Source: an uncultured virus (IMG/VR IMGVR_UViG_3300016471_000493) (taxonomy: Duplodnaviria > Heunggongvirae > Uroviricota > Caudoviricetes). From it: 64,000 nucleotides of DNA. The notes beneath the pieces were generated by a model. That model had not been told where the DNA came from. It worked only from the letters and a program-made list of their open reading frames with translations, and made no database searches. Of the stretch, positions 17,945 to 26,339 are shown in pieces. The translations under genes and the position numbers were made by a program. Each line of letters starts with the position of its first letter. Within the stretch, counting starts at the first letter, position 1. The stretch lies in IMG/VR virus record IMGVR_UViG_3300016471_000493, one strand, 5' to 3'.

Positions 17945-20628
17945 AAATTCATATAGGTTGTTCCAGAAGAAACTGGGCATTTTATACCATAATTATCCAT
18001 ACATTGATTTATATTATCAAAATACTGACCACTATAGTTTAGTAAAGTCCAACTGCCGCCCACACTAGCAGGTATTTCCAAAAACCTCCAACAACTATTT
18101 CCAAAAACAACATGGTTTTCAATATAAATTGTTCCTTTTTCATTAAGTATTACCTCATTATAATTTACTCTTACATATAGTGCGGTTATATTTTCATATA
18201 GCAGAAAAAATTGGTCTATGTAACAAATTACAAACATAGCATTTACATATTCTACACTAGATGGTGTAAGTGTAGGTGTTGGAGCTATAGAACTTGTTGT
18301 TGTTGGTGTTCGAGTATTTGTTGGTGTAACTGATGTTGTATTTGTGGGTGTTGGTGTAACTGATGTTGTATTTGTGGGTGTTGGTGTAACTGATGTTGTA
18401 TTTGTGGGTGTTGGTGTAACTGATGTTGTATTTGTGGGTATTGGTGTTAGTGGCAAAAAATTTAAAAATTTTACACCCATTTGCCAATGTGGTTCACCAT
18501 AAAATGTTTTACTAACTTCAGAAGAAAAATTGTTTTCATACTGAAATTTAATATTTGTTATATCTGAAAAATTAACAGTTTGACCCGTATATGGTGATAA
18601 ATTTAACTCTTCTGCAACTTTATCAATTCTACATATGTAAGTAAACCCACTGAAAATACCCAACGAAATTCCTAATATTTTGTAATTACCGTCAATAGAA
18701 GCCACCGCAACACTACCAGACTTTATACTAGTGCCTGTATTGGCAATTTTAAACAGGGATTTCATGGATACTGGAATATTTGGCACTGTAGACCAAGGAC
18801 TATATGGTAGGTATATGTCAATAGAGGAGTTTTTATCTAATAGAGATCCACTTATAGGACTACCGCTTAAACTAGAAAATAAAATTTCACTATTTAATAC
18901 CATATTGTTCAATTCATTTTCATTAGCAAATAATAATGGATTGTTTATAATTGCCTCTAAACCAAGAATTTTCCAAGATTCTGAACTAGAAAAATCTTCA
19001 GGTTTTATTGTTAATAAGGCGGCGTCAATACTATTAGAGATTGTTTTAAAATTTGCTGGTAAAAATTTTTTTATAACACCAACCATTGAAAGTCCACTTG
19101 TTTGTAAAACTGTAATTTTTGTTAAATCTGGATATATCCATTCTTTACATTTACTTGCATTATTAAAAACATTATCAATTAATGAGTATGCAGATGTCAA
19201 ACCAACAATGGAATTTGTATCATTGTCTACACAAATGACACCTAAAATACTTGATAATGAAGTTCCAGACACTCTTACATCAACGCCACCTTTTATTGGG
19301 GTTAAGGATGGATTAAAAGTTGAAGTGGTGTGGTTTGATATAAATTGATAAATTGCACTATTTTCACTTTGTGACGTAACTAATGAACTTCCTGCTTGCC
19401 AATACAAATTATTTTGATAATTAATTGTAACAGAAGAAAGTGGATAATTTGTATTATACGTATCAAAAACAGGATTATTTATAAAATTTACAGACTGTCC
19501 AGTATATGGTGATATGTTTAAAAGTGAGGCAATACGATCTATTCTACAAAATGCACCTAAGTTAGATTGTCCTGGAGATGGTGGTTCTAAAAGTGCAAAA
19601 ACTAAACCAACTATTTTGGGAACATCATTAAAATATGCATAAACACAAGAACCAGAATCTCCACCATTTATGGGGCTACACGGACCATTAGAGCTAATAA
19701 AACCAACTAAATCATCAAAAATTATACTACTACTAGATTCTTGCCCTTGTAAAAATAAAGAATTAGAAACTTGGGTATTAAACATATACTCGACAGGAAT
19801 TAAATCAAATGTTCCTACACCATGTCCTTTTGGTCCTGTTCTAGCTCCAGAACTATAAAGTTGAGTCCTCATTTCTACCATAGAATCTATTTCATCTGTC
19901 GTTGCAAATAATGGAGGTGTAGTTAGTCCAGTCATACCATATTGCATCCAAGAATTGATTGAGAACGCAGAATATGGTATAGTACATAAAGCGGCGTCTA
20001 TTGGATTTTTTTCATTAGGATAAAAAGGATAACCTCTTTTAAAAACACCTAGAAACCCGTTTTCAGCTTGAGATTGAGGTTCATCAGCGTTTTGGTAAAT
20101 TTTTTTATTTATCCCATCATATACTTGATTATCCCAATATTTACAATTTTGAAAAGTGTTTTGAAGATATAAGTTATTATACGTTTCCGAAATTACATGA
20201 TTGTTACTAACACCAACAATTGTATTGTCAGTGTTATCGACAGCTATGAACCCCAAAGTGCCTTTAAAGCCTGTAGCAATCTTTGGTTCTAACGACACCG
20301 CAACACCTCCCAAAATTGGACGAAAATATCTATTGTTACATTGATTTAACAAGTAGCCACACTGAGGAGGCTGTATTTGTGTAAAAGAAGCTACAGTATA
20401 AGTTCTAACATCACTATAAACAGATATTCCATCAACATCAATATAAGTTGGTATAATTTCTTCTGGCGAAAGTTCTGAAATTATTTTTTTTTTGTAAACT
20501 AAAAAAATAAATGACATTTCATTTGTGTATTCATTATTTTTAATTTTCAAACCATAGTTTATACTTACAACTGAAGGCGGTCTAGTCTTGTAAAGTTCTT
20601 CAATTTTTTTTCGTATTTCGTTATTCAT
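17941..20628 (-). CDS. Double Nal1-like protease (one intact domain, one degenerate) with a Thr/Pro linker and C-terminal Cys module
   Basis: Domain 1: SNNHVI / IDAALC / GGDSGS. Domain 2: TSAYSL / IDAALL / IKSGS. Then TPTPTNTTSV repeats and the ending CPVSSGTTYMNL. Confidence 0.8.
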   Translation of the reverse strand: MNNEIRKKIEELYKTRPPSVVSINYGLKIKNNEYTNEMSFIFLVYKKKIISELSPEEIIPTYIDVDGISVYSDVRTYTVASFTQIQPPQCGYLLNQCNNRYFRPILGGVAVSLEPKIATGFKGTLGFIAVDNTDNTIVGVSNNHVISETYNNLYLQNTFQNCKYWDNQVYDGINKKIYQNADEPQSQAENGFLGVFKRGYPFYPNEKNPIDAALCTIPYSAFSINSWMQYGMTGLTTPPLFATTDEIDSMVEMRTQLYSSGARTGPKGHGVGTFDLIPVEYMFNTQVSNSLFLQGQESSSSIIFDDLVGFISSNGPCSPINGGDSGSCVYAYFNDVPKIVGLVFALLEPPSPGQSNLGAFCRIDRIASLLNISPYTGQSVNFINNPVFDTYNTNYPLSSVTINYQNNLYWQAGSSLVTSQSENSAIYQFISNHTTSTFNPSLTPIKGGVDVRVSGTSLSSILGVICVDNDTNSIVGLTSAYSLIDNVFNNASKCKEWIYPDLTKITVLQTSGLSMVGVIKKFLPANFKTISNSIDAALLTIKPEDFSSSESWKILGLEAIINNPLLFANENELNNMVLNSEILFSSLSGSPISGSLLDKNSSIDIYLPYSPWSTVPNIPVSMKSLFKIANTGTSIKSGSVAVASIDGNYKILGISLGIFSGFTYICRIDKVAEELNLSPYTGQTVNFSDITNIKFQYENNFSSEVSKTFYGEPHWQMGVKFLNFLPLTPIPTNTTSVTPTPTNTTSVTPTPTNTTSVTPTPTNTTSVTPTNTRTPTTTSSIAPTPTLTPSSVEYVNAMFVICYIDQFFLLYENITALYVRVNYNEVILNEKGTIYIENHVVFGNSCWRFLEIPASVGGSWTLLNYSGQYFDNINQCMDNYGIKCPVSSGTTYMNL
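18300..18450 (-). repeat. 30-bp coding tandem repeat (TPTPTNTTSV, about 4 copies)
   Basis: ttggtgtaactgatgttgtatttgtgggtg repeated from 18321 to 18440. Confidence 0.9.
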
Positions 20629-20639
20629 AACTTTTTACT

Positions 20640-23225
20640 TTAATTTTCAATAACCCTCATATAAGTTGTACCAGAATAAACCCCAGGACAATTAATATTG
20701 TTTATATTCAAACACTCATTTAAATACGAATAATAAACACCAGAATAATATGGGAAATGTGCAAATTGCGATTCTTGAGTAGCAACTCCATAATATCTCC
20801 AACATGAGTTACCATAAAATTCATGGTTTTCTACAAATATTACACTTTTTTCATTTTCAAAAAACTCAGAAGTCAAAACATTAATTGTAAGTTTAGATTT
20901 ATAGTCTATCTTATCAACATATTCAGATAGATAACACGGAATCAAATTTACAAGAGTAAATAATATATCATAATTGGATGGTGTTGGAGTTCGAGTCGGT
21001 ACAGGTGTTGGAAGTGGATTACAACTAGAACCACAAATGCCTCTATATTCCAAAATAATAGGCCTATTAACATTTAACGCGGTTGGAACATTTTTACTAC
21101 AAACATAAAGAGGATAGTCAGAATTTAACAAAAGACCATTTATGTTACAATCGTTACAATCGACATATCTAACTCTTGTATTCACATATATTTGAGTTAT
21201 TGTAAACGCACTGCATTGAAAATTACTACAACTTGTACTCGTAAGTGTTGGCGTCGGAGTTGGGGTTAATGAAATTAAAGAACAATTAACAACACTAGTA
21301 ATTGATGCTCCACTAAATTGCCAATAAACGACATAATTCTCTAACACCTCTGGCGTATCTGAAAAAGCTCTATAACGATTCGCAAAATTTGACTTGGGCT
21401 GATTTGTTATTGTATCATAAATCACATCACCTGGGCCTAATTGATTTAAAGGTTTGGTAATGTATCCGAAAATCTGTACTGGGTTATTAATTAAATCCTG
21501 ACAAGCAGCAAGTGCACTTGTTGATCCTGCAGGAGAAACCATTACGCCGTAGATAAAATATTTTATCAAATATGCACTCACAGTTTGTGAAGGACTAACC
21601 TGAGGCGTAGTTGTACAATATGAACCACATATTTCACCTTTAGATAGTGTAATAAATTCTTTTATATCAATACCTGACTGAAATTGAGGATTAGGAGCGG
21701 ATTTACTCGACACAATAACAGGAGTACTTTGCGAACAAATATAAGTCGTTTTGCCGTATAGGACTTCAACTAATTTTTTTAGATTATAACCAAAACAATC
21801 AGTATAGGTGGCCCACACTGAGATTGATGAAAAAAAAGTACCATAATAAGCCGGTACACTCTTTTGTAAAGTCACGTTTTCATTCAAATCCAAAGACCAC
21901 ATAAAACAACCCGCATTATAATTTGGATAACAATTAGGATCTGGAGTTCTAGTTGGTGTTGTTGTCAATGTTGGTGTTGAAGTTGGGTTTGGTGTGGAAA
22001 ATAAAGAAGATGTTGGTGTTGTTGTCGGTATAGGCGTTTGTGTTAATGGTAATCCCCCTATTTGCCAAAAAATTTTGTCATCAAAACTGACAGTTACGGC
22101 AGAGTAATTATTTGTTGTTAGAATAGTTTCTGTATTTGCGGTGTTAGAAAAGCCCACGTTAGTTTGTCCAGTCCAAGACGAAATATTGAGAAGGCTTTGA
22201 ATATTATCAATCCTACAAACACCCGCATAACTAAGATTGGTACTAATAATAATTAATTGACAAACCAAACCAATTATTTTACGGACACCATTAATATCAG
22301 CCAAAACCATAGACCCACTGTCTCCAAACCAAGCCGGGTATGGACATGTAAAACCGCTTGGAGTTGTTGTTGCGCTTGCTACGTACAATATTAAATCATT
22401 TGTTGTCACACCAGGTACACTAAAATACCAATTCGTTGCCATACACACCAACTTCATTTCGCCTTCACCTTTTGCGCCAGTAGTTCTTCCCGAACTATAC
22501 AAATTTGCCTTTGTAAAAATTAAATCGTCGATTTCTTCCGTGGTTGCAAAATCCATAGGTTGTGTCCATCCTGTAAGACCAATTTGACGATAAGAAGATT
22601 CAAAATCTACCAATTCTCTTGGTATTGTTACTAGACCAGCGTCGATTGTAGTTATATTTGGGGCGGATCTCATCGGATACCAATTCTTTACAATACCTAA
22701 TCTTTGAGGGGTTATACTAGTTTCGCCCTGAAAAACAGTAAAAATACCACCACTAAAGACTATTGAAAATGGATTAACATCATAGTTTATAATATTCCAC
22801 GGAAGACAATGAGCATTAGTAAGGCCAGCCAATGAATTAGTAGAGTTATCAATGACTAGACCGCCTAAAGTACAGTAACTTTGTATTGATGTACCTCCAG
22901 AAATAGGAGAAATTGTATTACGGTTTGGAGGGGGCACCGTCTCCCAAGAGTAAAAATTAGAGGGACAATCAGATAATGTTTTTATTTCCACAGTACTCAC
23001 ATCGGTTAATAATTCATACCCCATGTATTCAATTTTTTCAGGAATTAAAAAATTAGGATCTACATCTTCATGTTTTATTTTTTTATTGACATAAAACGTA
23101 ATGCCCAACTCTGAAGTAAACTTTCCATCTACAATTTTATTTCCAAATGAAACACCTATAATGTTTGTATCCAAATTTTCGGATAACAATTTTTTAATTA
23201 GATCTTTTATTATTTTAGTTTTCAT
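20640..23225 (-). CDS. Nal1-like serine protease with Thr/Pro linkers and several Cys-rich accessory modules
   Basis: N-terminal domain GVSFGNKIVDG..TDV; triad TNAHCL / IDAGLV / FGDSGS. C-terminal modules are shared with 12623..15385 and 17941..20628. Confidence 0.8.
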   Translation of the reverse strand: MKTKIIKDLIKKLLSENLDTNIIGVSFGNKIVDGKFTSELGITFYVNKKIKHEDVDPNFLIPEKIEYMGYELLTDVSTVEIKTLSDCPSNFYSWETVPPPNRNTISPISGGTSIQSYCTLGGLVIDNSTNSLAGLTNAHCLPWNIINYDVNPFSIVFSGGIFTVFQGETSITPQRLGIVKNWYPMRSAPNITTIDAGLVTIPRELVDFESSYRQIGLTGWTQPMDFATTEEIDDLIFTKANLYSSGRTTGAKGEGEMKLVCMATNWYFSVPGVTTNDLILYVASATTTPSGFTCPYPAWFGDSGSMVLADINGVRKIIGLVCQLIIISTNLSYAGVCRIDNIQSLLNISSWTGQTNVGFSNTANTETILTTNNYSAVTVSFDDKIFWQIGGLPLTQTPIPTTTPTSSLFSTPNPTSTPTLTTTPTRTPDPNCYPNYNAGCFMWSLDLNENVTLQKSVPAYYGTFFSSISVWATYTDCFGYNLKKLVEVLYGKTTYICSQSTPVIVSSKSAPNPQFQSGIDIKEFITLSKGEICGSYCTTTPQVSPSQTVSAYLIKYFIYGVMVSPAGSTSALAACQDLINNPVQIFGYITKPLNQLGPGDVIYDTITNQPKSNFANRYRAFSDTPEVLENYVVYWQFSGASITSVVNCSLISLTPTPTPTLTSTSCSNFQCSAFTITQIYVNTRVRYVDCNDCNINGLLLNSDYPLYVCSKNVPTALNVNRPIILEYRGICGSSCNPLPTPVPTRTPTPSNYDILFTLVNLIPCYLSEYVDKIDYKSKLTINVLTSEFFENEKSVIFVENHEFYGNSCWRYYGVATQESQFAHFPYYSGVYYSYLNECLNINNINCPGVYSGTTYMRVIEN

Positions 23226-23233
23226 CTTATTCT

Positions 23234-23749
23234 TTAAATCCCTATAAATTCATTAGCGGTTACTGGTGTTGCAATGTAACTGACATAAAAAGGTTTATAT
23301 CCGGCATAGGTATGTTTGTTGTCATAATTGGGAATACCCTTATCAACAACTGAATAATATCTTACTTGATTTTCGGTAATCCAATAACCGATATAATCAC
23401 CCAAACTAATGGAAACTTGCAGGTCGTCCAAATCTTTTTGGTAGATAGCGAATTTAATATTACCTGGTTCGTTTTGTATAACTTTGGTATTACCCAAGAA
23501 AGCCATATCCGGTTGCATAATTTGCAAATAAGCGTTTACTGATATTGGTGGTAAAAACTCTATGGATTGAGGTAAAGCTTCTCCATAGACATCGTCTTGA
23601 TTTGTTTTTTGTTTGTTTACACGATAGACAACAATGGTAAAATTCATATCACCATCGAGCCATTCACGACCCATACTAACGTCTAAATCGAAATCTTCCT
23701 GACCGAAAAATTTACCTAATCTTGTGATTGGAACTTGATTTTGTGCCAT
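23234..23749 (-). CDS. Neck / head-closure protein (T4 gp14-like)
   Basis: 171 aa with VYRV....TNQDDVYGEA and LGDYIGY; heads the operon containing the gp15-like gene. Confidence 0.6.
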   Translation of the reverse strand: MAQNQVPITRLGKFFGQEDFDLDVSMGREWLDGDMNFTIVVYRVNKQKTNQDDVYGEALPQSIEFLPPISVNAYLQIMQPDMAFLGNTKVIQNEPGNIKFAIYQKDLDDLQVSISLGDYIGYWITENQVRYYSVVDKGIPNYDNKHTYAGYKPFYVSYIATPVTANEFIGI

Positions 23750-23798
23750 ACTTGATAAATATTCATAATAGTATTATATTTAATTTATTTTTTTTGTT

Positions 23799-25556
23799 TT
23801 GGACAATCAATTAAATGCGAGAGAAAATCAAGCCGTAGATATTTTAGATCGTTATGAAGGTGCGAATAACTTTATTCTCAAATTAAAACACAAAAGGGAT
23901 TCAAATCCTAAATTCTTTCCCAACACAACTCAAACCGAATATGTGATTAAATATCACAAAAGAGAACCAAAGGTTGCAAAAAAATGGGTACAATTGGACA
24001 CATATTTTGCGAGTAAAATTGCAAATGAAAAAATGTTTATAGAAGTACCGACGCAAATTTGGATAGAAAAACTTTTAGTTGAAAAAGAAACCGCTTATCA
24101 CGTGTGGGGATATTATTTTGAAAATCAGGGGTTACATGATATTTGGATACCAAAAGCCGCGGTAATCAAAGATAATAAAATCAAAAACGTAGAAATTGAT
24201 TTTGAGAAATACTCACATCGACCATTACTCGAACATCAAAAAGAAGGTGTAAAAACTTTGTGTGAAAACAAAAAGTATATTTTAGCGGATGATTTGGGGG
24301 TTGGTAAAACGATAACAGCGGTAGTTGCATCAATAGAGTCAAATGCAAACAAAGTTCTTGTTATTTGCCCTGCATCATTAAAAATAAATTGGAAACGGGA
24401 ACTTGAATACTATACTGATAGAACTATATCGATAGTGGAAGGTAAAAAATGGGAGGATGCCGATTACGTTATTATCAACTACGATATTTTGAAAAATTTC
24501 CACACATTAGAAAAAGATTCGGAATCAATAATACGTGACGCAAAATTTGATTTGGTAATTGTTGATGAAGCCCACGCGATTTGTAATGTTCAAGCACAGA
24601 GAACCAAACTTGTAAATAACATCAGTAAAATATCACAAAGAACTTGGTTGTTAACGGGGACTCCTGTGACATCTCGACCAATAAATTATTTCAATCTACT
24701 CAATTTAGTTGACTGTAATGTTGCTCAGAATTGGATGGCTTATGTCAAGCGTTATTGTAATGGGTATCAGTTCCGTGCTGGTAACAGAAAAATATGGAAT
24801 GTAAGCGGCGCGTCAAATTTGGAAGAACTTTACGAAAGAACAAAACCCTTTGTGTTACGAAGATTAAAAAAAGACATACTAGACTTACCTGAAAAAATAA
24901 TTTCTCCAATTTATATGCGACTGAAATCTAGAGAATACGAAGAAGTTATGGGGGAATATTACGAATGGTATGATAAGGGTGGTGAGTCAAATTCTTTAAC
25001 TATGCAATTTTCCAAAATCGCAAAGGTTAGACAAATTATCGCCAACGAAAAAGTTTCTCAAACCATAGAGCTTTGTGAAAATATTTTAGACCAAGATAAA
25101 AAAGTGATCATTTTTTGCAATTTCACAGAATCACTTAACACTATCTACTCACACTTCAAGAAGATAGCGGTAAAACTTGATGGATCAACTCCTAAAGGGG
25201 AAAGACAAGACGCTGTTGATAAATTCCAAACCGATGAAAATATTAAAGTATTCGTGGGTAACATTAAAGCCGCAGGAGTGGGTCTTACACTCACCGCGGC
25301 AGAAACTGTAATTATGAATGATCTATCCTTTCTTCCATCAGACCATTCCCAAGCAGAAGATAGAGCATATCGTTATGGTCAGAAAAATAATGTGGTTGTC
25401 TATTATCCAATTTTTGAAAACACAATCGAGGGTATCATTTATGATATTTTGGATAAGAAAAAAAGAATTATTAATACAGTAATGGGTGATACAATGTTAT
25501 TTGAAGGTGATGCTCTCGAAAATATACTTCAATCTATTAACCAAAACAGAAATTGA
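23799..25556 (+). CDS. SNF2-family (SMARCAL1/HARP-like) helicase/translocase
   Basis: LADDLGVGKT, VICPASLKINW, IVDEAH, LTGTP, LRRLK, AAGVGLTLTAA and QAEDRAYRYGQ. Confidence 0.9.
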   Translation: MDNQLNARENQAVDILDRYEGANNFILKLKHKRDSNPKFFPNTTQTEYVIKYHKREPKVAKKWVQLDTYFASKIANEKMFIEVPTQIWIEKLLVEKETAYHVWGYYFENQGLHDIWIPKAAVIKDNKIKNVEIDFEKYSHRPLLEHQKEGVKTLCENKKYILADDLGVGKTITAVVASIESNANKVLVICPASLKINWKRELEYYTDRTISIVEGKKWEDADYVIINYDILKNFHTLEKDSESIIRDAKFDLVIVDEAHAICNVQAQRTKLVNNISKISQRTWLLTGTPVTSRPINYFNLLNLVDCNVAQNWMAYVKRYCNGYQFRAGNRKIWNVSGASNLEELYERTKPFVLRRLKKDILDLPEKIISPIYMRLKSREYEEVMGEYYEWYDKGGESNSLTMQFSKIAKVRQIIANEKVSQTIELCENILDQDKKVIIFCNFTESLNTIYSHFKKIAVKLDGSTPKGERQDAVDKFQTDENIKVFVGNIKAAGVGLTLTAAETVIMNDLSFLPSDHSQAEDRAYRYGQKNNVVVYYPIFENTIEGIIYDILDKKKRIINTVMGDTMLFEGDALENILQSINQNRN

Positions 25557-25591
25557 AAATACTTATAGGAGACACTAAAGTCTTGGTGAGC

Positions 25592-26284
25592 ATGAAGTAT
25601 TTGGAGAATAAAATTGAGTTAATAGAGCAGAAAATCGAAGAAAGAAGAAGATTAATAGAAGAACAAAAAAAATCCAAGATTAAATATGGTAATGTAGTGT
25701 TTGAACCATTACCTTATTCTTTCACATCTCTCAAAGCTTTCATCGATCCAACAACAATGAATGTTCATTATACAAAACACTATAAAGGTTATGTTGATAA
25801 ATTGAACTTAGCAACTAAAGGAAAAAGATATGAAAATATGTCTTTGGAAGAAATTGTAAGTTCGGTCAAAGAAACTGAAAAACTAATACGAGATAACGCT
25901 GGTGGGGCCTATAATCATTCGTTGTTTTGGAATATGATGACACCTAATCCACCAAAAATTCCTATGAAACTTGATTCGAGAATAAACTCTAATTTTGGAA
26001 GTGTCAAAGAATTCAAAAAAAAATTTGATGAAGCCGCTAAAAGTGTTTTTGGGTCTGGTTGGGTATGGTTGATACTAAAAGAGAATGGTAAATTAAAAAT
26101 TGTAACAACACCAAATCAAGATAATCCAATGATGAGTTTTGTTAATGATGGAGGAAAACCACTTCTTGGTTTGGACGTGTGGGAACATGCCTACTATCTC
26201 AAATATCAAAATAGAAGAGACGAATATATCAAAAACTTTTGGAGAGTTGTAGATTGGGAATTTATTACGAGTAGATTATATTGA
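25592..26284 (+). CDS. sod: Fe/Mn superoxide dismutase (Mn-like signature); likely start ATG 25592
   Basis: LPYSF, HYTKHYKGYV, GGAYNHSLFW, FGSGWVWL, NQDNP and DVWEHAYY. Confidence 0.93.
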   Translation: MKYLENKIELIEQKIEERRRLIEEQKKSKIKYGNVVFEPLPYSFTSLKAFIDPTTMNVHYTKHYKGYVDKLNLATKGKRYENMSLEEIVSSVKETEKLIRDNAGGAYNHSLFWNMMTPNPPKIPMKLDSRINSNFGSVKEFKKKFDEAAKSVFGSGWVWLILKENGKLKIVTTPNQDNPMMSFVNDGGKPLLGLDVWEHAYYLKYQNRRDEYIKNFWRVVDWEFITSRLY

Positions 26285-26339
26285 ATACACAATAAAAAAA
26301 AACAATAATTTAGATATTTATAAAAAAAAACACAAAAAT

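Noticed and set aside
18321..18440. 30-bp direct repeats resembling a CRISPR array
   Set aside because: The repeats are contiguous with no unique spacers and are in frame within a coding TPT tract; no cas genes are present.
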